This document shows, one piece after another, positions 12,901 to 27,900 of a stretch of DNA of 64,000 nt; positions within the stretch are counted from its first letter, which is position 1; each line of letters begins with the position of its first letter. A model generated the notes under the pieces. It had not been told where the DNA came from and ran no database searches. It saw only the letters and a program-made list of their open reading frames with translations. The translations under genes were made by a program, and so were the position numbers. Origin of the DNA: Antedon mediterranea (Eukaryota; Animalia; Echinodermata); the NCBI RefSeq assembly GCF_964355755.1, contig NC_092673.1:18349648-18413647 (forward strand). Direction: 5' to 3'.

Positions 12901-15900
12901 GATAGTTAATTTTACTTGATTTACTGTACTTTAAGGCGCTAATGCAGTTTCGTACCCACCCCTTAAAATTACTCAAAATGATTTCAATACTTCATCTAGC
13001 CTACTCACGAGTTGTCTACAGCATTCAGCAAGCATTAAGTGGTAAAATATCGATAAATTCTTATTTATAACTATTTTTAATCAATTAATAATTGAGCACC
13101 CTTCAGAAATCCATCGCCAGCTTAGCTTCGCGAAAATCATCGCTAGGCCTGCCGATGAAAGTACGGAGGCCTCATAGGGCATCGATCTATAGAGGACGCT
13201 GTTATATGATCATATTATGGCGATAATAAAATATTTTTTACATGTTCCTCGTGAAACGGATTTTAAGTTTTTTTCATAAAGAAATATTTTGTGTTTAATT
13301 ATGTTGAATTCTATTTATTTTGAATGTTGTGTGTTATTGTCTTGTCAAATTATATTTTTTGTAAGGGTCCCTAATGATCAGCTTCGGCTGGATGGACCAC
13401 CCTCATAAAATATTGTTGAAATAAATTAATGAATAGACATGAAATGATGTATTCAGTGTCAGCAGAAGTAAAATAAATTCTAGTAATTGATGGAAAACAT
13501 TTTTATTATAATTATTGTATTACTGTACATTACATTTCAATAAATTATATCTTTCTGTTTTTTAATTCTTTTTATTCATTTCATTTATTTATTTGACCTA
13601 CAAACCATAATGTAAAATTAACTAAAACAGAGGAAAATTGGTCAGTAGGCCTACTTATATCTTCAAGAGTCAGCAGTTCCATATTTATCTTCTTTTCTGT
13701 GTGAAATTCTACTAGTAAAATGAAAGAACAAATTAAAAACATAACATAATTATGATGATACCCACAATGATGAATACAGCAATTGTATAGTATTAGTATT
13801 TTTAACTACACTGAACAGGCGCGAATCCATACTCCCCCCCCCCCCCCTCTAAATTTTCGGAGGATAAAATTTAAGGCTTGGCCTACTAATGGGTTTTTAC
13901 CCTTAGGGTTATTACTGAGGAGAGTTAATTGCCACGATTCAACTCTTTGTACGTTAACATTTATTATTTCAAACATTCAACTACCAAACATGTGATTAAT
14001 ATGTGGTTATTAAAATCTATCAACTATCATCAGCACATACAGGTTTTGTTTACTAAATAAACGCCGGCCCAGTTGTCTTCCTACCCCAAGTTCCAGGTGC
14101 CATGTGCTTTTTTGTCCGAGAAATATTAATTTTAAGTGTTAAAAACGTTATTTTCTCAATATCAGGCATTTATTATTCAAATCATTTACAGAAAATGTAC
14201 CAAAAAGAAGGTCCATTTATTTCATTTTTGGTATGATGTCATTGTAAGCCAATCAAATATGAGCTTTCCTGTGATCGGCAGATTTTAGATTCTGGTTTTT
14301 TTATTGCTGGACGCAAATACCCACAGGGGAACGTTTTGTCTCGCACATGGTCTACCTGGACTGATCCAAGGTTGGATTCAAAGGATTGGGTTGGGTGCGC
14401 CGCACAGCTTTGCATAACTATTGACTTAACCGCGTACAGCATTATTGAATGTAATAATGAATGTAATAGATGAATTTTGCAGTCGTGACCGTCCAAGCGT
14501 AAAAAACAGAAATAACATAACATTTGTATGGGGATTTCAAGAAACCATGTTAATTTAACAGAGGGTCGTATGACAAAAAAAATTACTACTAAATGTTCTT
14601 AAAAGATTGTTTGGATTGGCTAAAATTCACCGGAAAAAACACCACAGTGTATAAGCATAGGCACACTGTCTACGTTTATTACCACCATTTTTTCTTGGTG
14701 CAGGTGTGGTGCCCATTCTTATAAACTGTAGTGTTTTTTAACACTTTTCTAATTTAAAAAAATCATCCATAAGCTCATCACTAACATTTATTTATCCTAA
14801 TTGTTTTTATTGTTAAGGTGTGGTTTAAGTAACAAAAGGAATATGAACCTCTAAAGATGCCTCTTGTATAGTTTTAAAATCTTACAAAATGCATAATGCA
14901 GGTCCAAACCACTTGCAATTGTTGTTAAAACTGTCCCAGTGGCAGATTGCTACTTAATAGCAGAAGGCACAATGAAGTACAATAAACTCCGAAAAAAAGG
15001 GTGAAATTATTCAACAAAAATTTCCAATAATCAATTAGTTTCTAGTTGATGCCATTTTTGGCCTGTTAGTTCAATTTTTTTTATAAATGTTATTGAAAAC
15101 TTGTTATTTTTAATGTGAAGCTCATAGAGGCCTTACGCATTATGGTTAAAATGTATTGCCATTCAATTAATGACTGATTATAAAAACATTTTGCACAGAT
15201 TTTATGTTTATTTAACAATATTCATGATTTGTAAATGGGTGTCTAGAAAACTAAGATCTAGAAAACTGAGATATCAGCAAAAACTTATATTATTATTATT
15301 ATATGTATCTCAGATTTGAGGAAGAACATAAAGTTGATGTTTCAATTATATTTACTTCAGATTTGATGATGCCTATAAAGTTACAGATGGCATAGCAGTG
15401 ATAAGGACTGTAAGCACAACATGGAAAGAAGCTAGAACTGAGAGTGGTAAATATGAATAAATTTAGCAATAATATTATTTCCATCATCATAAAATCAATC
15501 AACCCAGCACAAATACTGTCAAAGTGAAATATTATTAGCTCCAAAAAAAAAACTTGCCATTGAATTAGTTGATTTTGTATCACATGACATTTGTAAAGTG
15601 ATAATAGTCAATAGTTTTATTCATTCACATGATAGGCCAATATATAATGCGACACTGAAAAATCTAATATCCGACTTCTTGCTGTGGCTGATTTGGCCAT
15701 TAATGTGATTTAAAACAAATAATGAATTATTTGTATTCATTGAATGAAGAGAATATTTTCGTTTGTTAAAAGATAAAACATAATTTCTCTTCAACTTCAA
15801 GATAAAGCGTACTAGAAACAGTACTAGAACCATATAATGCTGTGGAGTGTTTTGTGTGAAAGTTTCTTTATGATCTCAGAAAATTAGAACTTTTTTGCTG

Positions 15901-18900
15901 ATTAGATTGACTGGCTAGTTATGTGAACTATTATAGTCTGGCTATTAGTACTACTAGTCTAATTGTTAGACCATTCACTTTTATGTTAAATTGTTTTATA
16001 CTTCATTTAGAATTACTTCATACATACTTTAAAAATCAGTTATGAGTTTGACATTTGTAAATATCCAGAAAATTAAAATGAAAGCTACAATAAACACTTG
16101 TTTTGTAGGTATTCCTTTGAAACAGTATATAAAAGGGGTCACTGAACTGAGTCTAATTGAAAGTTCATCAAAAAACGTAAGTCAACAATGTCATGCAAAA
16201 ATAACATTGATTAGTAGTGCCTGCATGACTTTCATACTATAGCAAACCACCCACATCAAACTTTGTAAGCAAAAGTATTGTACAATTTATGTTTTTAGAG
16301 TTTTTATGATCAAATAACAGTAACCTGTGTTCCGCACAGTTTTTTTCTGCCTTAATATGTGGTTATAAAACTTTGCATAGGAGGAGTAAGTATAATAAAA
16401 GCGCACTCTGATAAAAGTACTCGGACACATTTTTTTATAGTTTTTATGATCAATTACTTTACTCTAAAATTGTGGACAGATTCCGGAATTGATTAATAAA
16501 GTTTATTTCATTTATTAGGAAAGTACTAAGAAACCTACCGATAGTTTAGGTAAGTGTTTTTATACAAGTAAAGGCATAATATGTACAAACATTTATCATG
16601 TTTTTAATGGTTTTCAAATGATTAAAACTGTCATCAATCTATCTTTTTGCATTCACTGAAAAATAAATTCTACTTAGTAAACACTGAAATGACTGTGGAG
16701 AATTCTGAACCTGATGATACACCAATTGAGACAGAACAAGATGTGAGTACACTGTAATTTATAGTGCACAACAGAGAATACAGAATACAGAAAACTTCAT
16801 TGGTCTTGCATGATATACAGTACAAGAAATTAATCCATTGTGGCAGCTCATACAAATTCACACTTAAAATACAAAAATATACATATATATTATACTGATG
16901 AAGGGGTAGTGTTGCCCGATACGCTAATTTTTCTGCCTGTTTTATACTTTATCGTTTTGATTTAGCTTTTTGCTTATTTTATTTTGTATCTCCATTGAGA
17001 TCCAGCCACCGATACCCACAGCATTGTCATTATTTCATATATATCAACAAACTTTACCTTTACAATTTAAAAATATGCATAAATTCAATTTTGCCTGCCC
17101 ATTGAATTATACATGTGCAAGTAGGAATATGTTGAAATGTTGTTACCAAATATAATCTAAATATATCTCCTGTTTTCCTTTACTATTGAAATTCTATAGT
17201 CAAAACCAGTTCATGTTTCAATAATCAATATTCATTTTATTTACTGTAACTTTAGAACAAGACGAATGAAGCTACCCAGAGTAGTATATGTAAGTTTGCT
17301 GTACTGCTTTTATCTGTAAACTTTAAGTATGCATAGAATATGTAAATAACTGCGCATACATTTTTAAAATTTTCAAATGTCGACCTATCTTTTACATTTT
17401 TGAAAATATATTTTTGTATTGAACAGGGAAGCCACTACAAAGAATGCTGAACACAATGAGAGATCAATTCAGACAGATCAAGATGCGAGTACAGAACTAT
17501 ACAGTAGAGTAGGTGTATAAATATTATTACCAAACGTAACATTTGAAAGTATGAGGAAAACAGAAAAATGTAAATGCCTATATAATTTTATTTTATTTAT
17601 CAGGTTAACAAGAAATTGGCTGCAGAAGGTATGTACCTTTTTAGTTTTAAAATTCTGAACACCTGTGTTAGAAACAATGAATGACGGGCTGTTTAACAGA
17701 TTCAGATAATTAGGCAAACAAACATGATAAGGAAATCGAGAATAATTGATATAAATATACATAGATGATGTGCTGCTGATGACGACTAGTACTCTAAATT
17801 ATGATTTATAACATTCAAAATTATGAGATGAAAAATGTTTATTTATAGTGATATTTCATTTATTGTATCTATCAGGTTGACAAGGAATTGCCCCAAGACG
17901 GTAAATAAATTTTTCAGAATATTAAAAATTAGTTAAGGTGTTGATGATTGAGATTTAATGTTAGAGTTTAATGACAAACTTAACTATATTTTAATTTATC
18001 ACTATGACAAATTATAGGTTATATGCATTATATGTTATAACGTTTGTTCTTTTTATTATAGTTTGTTTGATCGACAATATTTCAAAAAATTCTTGTTAAT
18101 ACCGAATAAGACATAAACCACTTTTTTCTCTTACTTTAATAATAAATCATACCTATGATTCATATACTTATATACAGTTTATAAATAATTAAAATTAAAA
18201 ATGAATTCATCAATGTGCATTCTGATGAGTTGTATAAATTTGTAAATTATACATATTTCATAAACATTTGTACACTTTATTGACCTTACACTGTTGTTGC
18301 TTGGAAAATGCGATTTCAAGTTGAACAATTACTAAAATTAAATTACTGTACTAAAAAGGTTGTAAAAAACAAAATTTGTGCCCACTGGCGATTTTTTGAA
18401 ATGCTTAAAACATGCACAAAAATATGTTTTTACGATTCTAAAAAGTAAGTTATACAATGCTCAAATAATGTTATTATTACATAATATGACCTGATATTTA
18501 TGAGCACTGAATTTGGTTTAATTACGATACAGTGTACCCTTTTCACATCTACATAAATTGTTACAACTTATTGTAACCAGGTTTGATTTCCCGACTTATT
18601 ACACGTTTTCATACACGCATATGCGAACCTTGCAAAATCTTGGGAGGAAAGCATAGTTGCACACTATTTGATTACTATGATTGGTCAGTTTAATACGAGA
18701 GCGCGTATCTTCTACAAAATTGTCTTCACACTATGCAAACCTGGTTGCAACTTTTTACAAGTTTTCACTTTTTGAAGGTGTGAAAAGGGTAAAAAGTAAT
18801 TTAATGAATAATTTCACCCCTCATTAAAAGCTTATTAAGCAAAAGCAATTCCTGGCATAAGGAAAAATGAAAACCAATGTAGATTGATGAAATGGATCTC

Positions 18901-21900
18901 AGGTGTACAAAATAATACATTAAAGAATAAATAATCTTAATCAATTTGTTGTCCTAAAAATATCTTTCACATTTAAAGTAAAGAAGCATGAAATTTAATT
19001 GTTCAATTATTATATTTTCTCCACAGGTATAGATAAAGATGCACTTGAGGATATTGAGCAAAATAAAGGAGAAACCTATGAAGATACATTTAACATCTGG
19101 GATCATGGGGGACAACAAATATATCATGGTATACAGCGTGTAAGTTAGGATTTTTGTGTCTTTGCCTATAAAAAAACAACCCTTTATTTTAGTGCAGTGC
19201 TTTTTAAAATAATTAATAACACATCATAATTTATACAACTCCAAGGTAAGTTGCAGAATTATTTGCTGTTTTTTAAAATTTATATTTATTTTCATACTGT
19301 ACTACAAAAACTCCATGCCAGCCAATTTAAAGGGATTGTAGGCTACTTTATATACTGGCACCTTTAAATTCATTGCATCTGATTGGTTTAATTGTCAGTC
19401 TATACACTAGCTATTGCTATTCCCCTCTAACTGGCTATAGGCTGGCTAAACTGCGCATAGTTTCATCTTTAATACAATTGGATCTACAACACGTGTGATG
19501 CGACGATTGTGTAGCCTATAATTTATACGATGGTTAACTTGGATGTAGCTGACTTAGAGGATTTAGTAAGTTTAGCGGCCAGTTAAATATGAAGAAACAA
19601 ATAAAGTATGCTTTGGGAATATTTATTGTATATCTGGAAATGAAGAATTATCAAATGCAGGCCTTGTGATGATTGCTTCTTCGCAGCAAAAGAACAATGA
19701 ACTGTGTCATGTTATCGATTCGTTTTCGGTTGTTATTCAGGTTATGAACCACCTAACCTACAGAGTAAATGCTGTTAGAGCATAATCAGAAGCAGTTATA
19801 ACATTTGTGTAATTATGTGTGTCTTCCAGATGTTCGTAACATCAGAAGCACTTTACATTGTAGTGTTCAATCTCAGTGTTAACCTTGAAGATCGTGCAAG
19901 TATCAGTGATTCTAATAGAGTAAGTATATGAAGTTTATGGCTTTGTAGTTCTTGTGGAACAAGTCATCTTGCTAAGAACTTCATAATTGTGTAGCATTAC
20001 AAAGAGTTTGGTTTTATTAAAATGTTATTTCATACTTCAGATTAGCTGCAAAAATGGACATAGTTCAAAACCACATCACATCAAGTTTAATTGGCATAAA
20101 AAATTAGTTAAGTCCATTTCAATACATCAAGCATAGATAGATATTGATGATAATGATAGAGAAAGATATAATGATGATGTAATTTTTGTTTACAGAAACA
20201 GGATCAACATTATTGGACCAATCTCCAGTTCATATTATCCTTCATCCAGACGGTTTATTCTCATAGTCGTATTGTAGGAAAAGACACAAAGAATGGAGTT
20301 CACCAACCAACTATCCTTATTGTAGGTACACATAAGGGTAAGCTTGGTAAGACTGAAGAACAACAAAATGCTGAGGTTAATACTTACATTATTAAAATTA
20401 GCAACCAATCAAAGTAATGGTATACATTTCTGTTCTAAAGGCTAATGTAAAGAAGCTACTACTAGAGTATCAAATACATTCATATCAGAACTTCTTATGT
20501 GAATGTATTTATATATTGAATATAGTCATACCTGCTTGGTTACCTTACCAAAAAGGACATCTCTACTCATTTGAACAAGTCCAACGCCGAATGAATAAAA
20601 TTTGTTTCTATGGGGACGATATTTCCTATGAACGGCGTCTTAATGTTTTAGGATTAAGTTCACTGGAAAAACGTTTCCAACTTTTACCCATGTCATTTAT
20701 TGAGAAATGTCTTTATGGCATATATACTGTGGATATTTTAAACCATATTTCAATCAACCCTTGTCACGGTGATCATCTCATATTTGTACACCCTTTTGCT
20801 CGGACAAATTCTTTAAAATACTCAATTTTCCACATATTTCCCCGTGCATGGGAGGAACTGTCGGAAGAAATAAGAGATTCATTAATTTTAAATACAGGTA
20901 TTTAGACTTTTATAAATAAGCTTAAAAATTATTTTAAGTAAGATTTTGCTATGTATTGACGATTTTTAATGATATTGCAATATATTTTAATTTGTTTTGA
21001 TATAGTATTATATGCATTTTAAATTTTTATACAAATTTTATTCTAAATAATCAGTACAATAGGAGACCTACTAGATAGTGATTAAGTTCGCTTTTTAGGA
21101 ATCCTGTCTCTGCCTGGTTTTGTGTAATGTTTTCTTGTTCTTTGTCCATGTATTTGTTTATATATTGTATTTTTATGAGACAAAAATAAATGAAATGAAA
21201 TACATAAATCCAAAGGCAAATTACTGAAAAAATGACAATGCTGTGGGTATCAGTGGCTGGATCTCATTGGAGATACAAAAAAAAGCGAAAAGCTAAATCG
21301 AAACGATAAAGTAAAACAGCCAGAAAAGTTAGCAGAGCTTTCGGGCAACACTAGCCCTTCATCAGTGCAAGTGAAGGAATTTGGATGACGTCGTAGCATT
21401 GAAATATATATATATATATATATATTATGGACCCCATTGGAAAAAATGACATGTTGATTTTATGAGTCGTCCTTGCATCCATTCACTTGGTTTTATACAT
21501 TTTTAAATTCAAATTTCCTTTTTCTTTGCTATGTATTTTAAATGTCTTGTTGAATGGATGTTCTCATTTATTGAAATTTTTTACAACCAGGCAATGGAGG
21601 TCTTTAAAAAAATTCAAGATGTACTTAAACAGAAAGAGTTTAAAAAACATGTGTACAACGTATATTTCGCCATCGAAAACAGCCAAGAAACTACAGATAA
21701 GAGCTTTAGTGGTCTCAAAAACGTTATTGATGAGCTTATGACACCTTTAGTAAAGCCTGTTCCCTTAAAATGGATGCGTTTTCGATATGGCATACATAAT
21801 CTAAGGAGAGAAAAACACTTTTCTTTGTGTCCTGTTGTAGAGGTAAATTTGATTTCCATCATTCCTTTTTTTTTTTTTCACAATAGAAGTATGTTGGATA

Positions 21901-24900
21901 TGATAATATTTAAAAAGTATAAACAAAAGAATCTACCCACTATTATGTATTGCCATTTGGACATTAATAAATGTTCTTTGAATTTAATTGAATTGAACTA
22001 CTATATAATAATATTGATTAAAATTGAAAATTTTGTTTTTCTAAATGGCTTTTGTCATAGACAGTCCGATAATATTTTTGTCATATTTTCACCCGTCATC
22101 TTCACTGCCATTAAACAGTGTTTTTTAAATAATTTCACTACTGTTTAGCGCCACCTATGTTGACGTTGAGAACAATCACAGTTACGTTTCCCCCATTTTG
22201 AGAGTGACATTTTCCTTCAGATCCAACATTATGCCGTCAAGTTTATCAAGTAAACAAAAAAAGTGAACTTTTTTTGTACCTCAAACATTATGCTGTAAAT
22301 GAAAAAAAAACTAATTTTATAAATGTACTGTATACCTACCTATGATTTTATATTTATTTAAATCTGAATAGTAAAAATATTTTTCTTTAGCTCAAAATGC
22401 TGGCAAGTAAGAATGGTATTGCAGATGAAAAACAACAATCAATCCTTCTTAACTACCTGTATGATCTAGGTGAAATTGTTTACATGCCTGACAACAAATT
22501 ATTAAGAGACAAAGCAGTGTTAGATCCGATGCGGCTAGTGGAAATTGTCACCGCATTTGTAACAGTCATTCCACCAAAATCTCCAGTAAGTAGGCTCATA
22601 AAAATGCCGTGTTCCTTGGGGAAATAATAGAGGTATCTGTACATGTTAATTCCTATAGGCACTGTAGTACCAAACGTAATATCTGCGTCTAACATTGAGT
22701 GGTGTTATAAACTGGCCTTTCTTTACATACTTCCTGCATCACCTTCAGATTCTAAATTGTGTGATAACTTAAGTTAAGTTTATTACGTATGTAGAGACTG
22801 ATGCAAATAAGATAGTAAGTATGTAAACAGATGAAAACTTATTTAATAAAAAAAATAATAATAATGCTAGTCTTGAAAAAGTAGTATAGAATAATATATG
22901 AAAAGAGTGATGAAAAACAATGTTAATAGAAAAAACCTGTATTTTAATAAATTAAAAAGAAAATGTGTAAAGAGATAAATACAAAATAACAATGTTAAGA
23001 GAAATGTATAAGTAGGAAAAAAACCCATGCAAGACAAAAAAATATAACGTAATAAACACATAATATTAAGTATAGGTAAATATAGTGGTGTTTTTTTTAG
23101 CCGACCATGTATAGTGATGCTTATGCTAAGCTTGATAAGGGCATACTGGAGGAAGGCTTATTGCGAAAATTATGGATAGATCGTAAAGTTGATGAAGGAA
23201 ACAATTTTGAGTTCCTTGTAGCACTGATGATTCAATTAGGTTTCATTTGTGAGAGGAAGACAACCAGCAGCCAAGATGTGGCAAGTACATCTATAGTAGG
23301 TTTTGTTAAATTATCTTTTCTAACATGTTTTACATAAGATAAGGAATTTATAATTGGGCATTGCAACTTAAAAAAAGTTTTGGGTTTGTATCAGTAGCAG
23401 TTAAACTAAACAAAATGTCTTATATTTTAATTTAACAAAAATAAACAAAACTAATAAATTAAATACAAAACATACAATGCAACTTAATACAATGCAAATT
23501 AAGTAAATTCTGTTAAAAGAATCTAATTGGATTGTTTACAAATCCACAATTTCAGGATTCAGTTGAAAAGAGATCATTTTATGTGCCACTACGCCTTGCT
23601 TTCAAGACATCAACTGAAGTGGAACCAATGCCTGAGGAATTTCCAGCTATCAGTATCTATTACGACTTTAAGGGATATCTGCCAGATGTATTGTTTCCAT
23701 ACATGATTATTGATTTCCTCAACAAATTTCAAAAGGAAGGCGTTGACCCAATACTCCTGTATAATCATGCTGAACTTTACTTCGACCAAGACCATCATGT
23801 GACCTTATCTCTTGTCAAATTTGTGACTACGGAGGATGAAAGAAAGTTCTTGTTAAAGGTACTGTATCATATAATCTCTTGTGAATAAATCATAATTTAA
23901 TCTCTGCATAAACTCAAATTTAAGAGCCATTGTCTGTAAGAATCAAAGAAATATCAAAAAGAGTGGCAGATTTTGCACATGGCTATATACGTGTTGAGAG
24001 AAATCAAATATGAAGTATTTTTTATTTCACACATATATTTCCATGGCAACGGCCAAATTTGTGTTTTTGACAAATTTTGTCCTTTTTTAAGGTTTTTTAA
24101 AATGGATATTGGTACTACTTTGATGAACGATATTTTTGTGTTGTTCATTTAATTATAAAAAATAATTAGTGTATGCATAATAACAATGCATTGTGTACCT
24201 GTTTCAAATTTTTTTATTTTTTTTAATTTCATACCTTGGGAGAGACCATTTATTTAAAAAGGGGTGTTTTTCACTTTTTTTAAATTGTTCAATGCAACTA
24301 AACTTTACTTCACCATAACGCCCAAAGTGGTGTATTTTTTTAGCTGATTTATTACAAATAGGTAGTTCTAATGTTTAATAATTGATTTCTAAAATAAAAT
24401 ACTGGGGTAAATTTAAAATCTACAAGCAGTGTTGCGAGAAACATAGGCATTTTTATAAAAAAAAAAACATGGTATATTAGTAAAAACATTTTATTTTCTT
24501 TGATTATTTGATTTGAAACTCATTGGTCAGAAAATTCTTAATGTTTTATATAGTTCTAGTTGTGTTGTGAGAAAAAAAATTAATTTTTAATTATAGATTC
24601 TGTAATTCCCAGTTTTAATGTCATTTTATAGGTTATATCCTCTGGAAATTTGAATAAATTATCAGATCGTTGTGAATTTTAATCTTTGCAACAGATTACT
24701 CCTCTCTTATTTTGAAGCTCCTCTTTCATTTGTTTACTTCTTTTATTTGCTAACCTAAGCAGATCCCACATGCCCATCCACCACCACTTTCGACTACCAC
24801 CCCCATCCTCCCCCCCCCCCGACTATAACCACAAAAAGATAAACTGCAACACTTTGGTCGATCATCCACTATAGAGTGTCAAATGCATGCATTCAAGCAC

Positions 24901-27900
24901 CACTCACACTGCCGCTACTATCGCCCCAATGAATAGACGGATTCAAACTCCTCCATTCCATCCCCTCCCCCTTTCTCCAAGCCCCCACCCACCCCAAGTT
25001 AAAAATTGCAATGCAAAAGATAGGACATAAAGTTAAGTTTTAGACCCTCGCCTTCAACCCCCTACCTATTTAAAAGTCCTGGATCCACCACTTTCCCCGC
25101 CCCAAAATAGAACCAATCAAAAGTCAATGATATACTCAGGTACTGTATGTTAATGCTACATAACAAATATTGAAGCCCTGATTTGAAATTTCATTTCATT
25201 TAAGGTCAGCATGTAAAATATCACACTTTATTATTAAATATTGGTTTTAAATTCTATATTTTTTTTACTGTAATGGTTGGATTCAGTATTAATTATTAAT
25301 TAATAATTATCTGATAATTATTTAATTTCCCTTAGTTATACATAGCAGTTACTATGGTAACTAAAAATGAGATATTCTTTAGATTTTGCATATTTATCTC
25401 ATACAAATTTAAATTTGTAGATTATTAGCAGGCATGCCTTATTTGCATTTTCAAATTACCGTTTTACAAGGTCATATTCTGTGATTATTTTTAGTCATGA
25501 AAACCCCATATTTTATTTGCAGCGGCCACCTCCCTTAACGGACGCACTTTGAAAAGCCTGTTTGTTCTTCCTATCTAATTAGTGCATTTGGTGCTTACCG
25601 TAAGCAGCTGCGGGCACCTTTTTATACTAAAAATGAGATTTTTTGTAAGCGGCCAATCGAAAAATGCGATACTTATTGCATGGACCTATGAATTAGAGGT
25701 GCATGTTTATTGTATTTCTTTATATATTAGCTTTATTTTGAAGAGGTTTTAAAAACATTACTGTGAAGAGATGAGAAAACTGCACAGATTTTGACCGACC
25801 ATTTTTCATATGATAAAAGTTTTTAAAATTTGTCTGAAAATGCTAAAAAATACTAAACCACCTGATTATAAATAATAATAGGCCTACAATTAGCTGGAAA
25901 ATTGAGAGACTCGTTTCGTTAAGAATATCGTATATAGCCATAATAAGTGATTTTGGCCCTTTATCGGCAGAACCTCCCGTAAGGGGTCACCGCCCGTAAG
26001 CGGCCACTTTTCCAGGTCCCGAGTGTAGCCACTTACGGGAGGTTCAACTGTATTTAAAAAAACAATTATCCTTAGTTATGCATAGAAACAGGTTCTAAGA
26101 TAACATAAATAATACATTTTGACATAACTTGACCCAACAAATGACCCTTTCACAAGGTCAGACATTTTCTGGGATTCAGTAGATAAGTAAATTTAGGAAA
26201 AGGTAGTAAAGCTATGTAATTAATTGTTTGTAGTCATGAAACCCCATATTAAAAATATTGTACTTAGTTACGTATAGAAACAGTTGCTACAATACACTAT
26301 AGGTAAAATGTTGATGTCATTTGACCTCAATATGTAAACAATTTTTTTTTTCATGAAACTCCATATTTAATTTTTTTTTTTAAATATCATTTGCTACGTA
26401 AACAGGTTTAAGATAAAACTAAAGGTCATTTTTTTTACCTTTATTCAGATTCGTCAAGACTTTCTTTCTGAGATTATTAGGATTCAGTATTTAAAGTAAA
26501 TTTGGCAAAAAGTAGAAATGTAAAACTATATGTAGAAAAAATGTTTTTTATTTATGAAAAACCCCTTATTTTTTTTTAAATTTTCGCATAGAAACAGTTA
26601 CTATGGTAAAATGTTGACCTCAAAATGAATGAATTTACAAGGTCAAGTTTGTCATTAATGGAATGCAGTAGAATTAAAATTGAGAAAAATTACAAATGCA
26701 ATCAATTCTTTATATTTATAAAAACGCCATTTCTTATGTTAAAAAAAAATTACTTTCCTTAGTTACACATAGAAATGGTTGCTAAGGTAACACTATAGGT
26801 AAAATATGAACATTGTTGAGAATTGTTATGAACTATCTTGTAAATTTTGGTCAAACATTAATAGTTGTAGTAAAGTGGGGACCTGTCCTGTTTTGCATTC
26901 TGACCCCTTTTGACCTCAAATGACCTATTTACATAGTCAGATTTTTTGGGAGGTCTTTCTGTATCTCTTTACACAAAATAGATTTAAAAATTTATAAAAA
27001 CCATTGACGCAATTATTTCCAAGTTTAACATTATTTTCCATCAACTACATATTTCAATGCAAAATACTGTTTTTCTGGCAATTAATTGAAATAAACCTGG
27101 CAACACATTCTCCTATTTTATCTAAACTATTCGTATGACTCTAGTAGCATTATGACAAGCCACATATACATTTTATTATTGGATTAGCCATATTTAAATT
27201 GTGTTTCATGTGTTTTGTTTGTTGATATTTTGTTATATTTTTTGTATTTTTCGTATTTTCCTGGCAACACAAAACCTATGTACGAAATTTACCCCAGTGT
27301 TTTTTTCGTGATTATTGTTGACAAACCTATTGACTATCAAATTGAAAAACCTCATTGATTTAAAAACACCACTTTGGAAGTTATAGGTACGTTTATGAGG
27401 TATACATTTATAAAAAAAATATTTTTTAAAAACACCCCTTTTTAAAATAATGGTATCAACCAAACTCCATTTTGTAATTAATTTTTTTCTACATTAAATG
27501 GAACTCAATACATGTTGTTTACACTGCTATAAACAAAAACTGTATAATGTAAGTATTATTGGTTAAAATAAGTATACAAGTTTGTACTTTTTCACTATAG
27601 AAAATCTGTGAAAAATGGCAAAAACATCAAAATTTGGATAATTGACCGTTGTCATGGCAACGGAGGCTAAAAATTAAAATGAATGTTGTACTTGTAGATA
27701 TGCTTTTTATTGAAATGTCTATTCATGGTAAAAATTTGAGAGAAATCCATTTTTTTACATCTGCCACCAAATCTTTGATTTTTACAGACAATGGCTCTTA
27801 AATAGCAAAGCATTACTTTTTTTCAGGTGACTATTAAAAGAACTCCTGTTGGTAATGAGGAAACAAGTAATTATGAACCCTCTTCTGAAGCATGCAAAGA

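Noticed and set aside
15314-15336. Upstream near-copy of the Roc2 G2 exon start (cag|ATTTGAGGAAGAACATAAAGTT, FEEEHKV)
   Set aside because: It lies 47 nt upstream and out of frame with the real exon; treated as a duplication remnant.
20417-20905. 162-aa ORF as part of the Roco gene
   Set aside because: It is a CR1-type LINE C-terminus lying in an intron.
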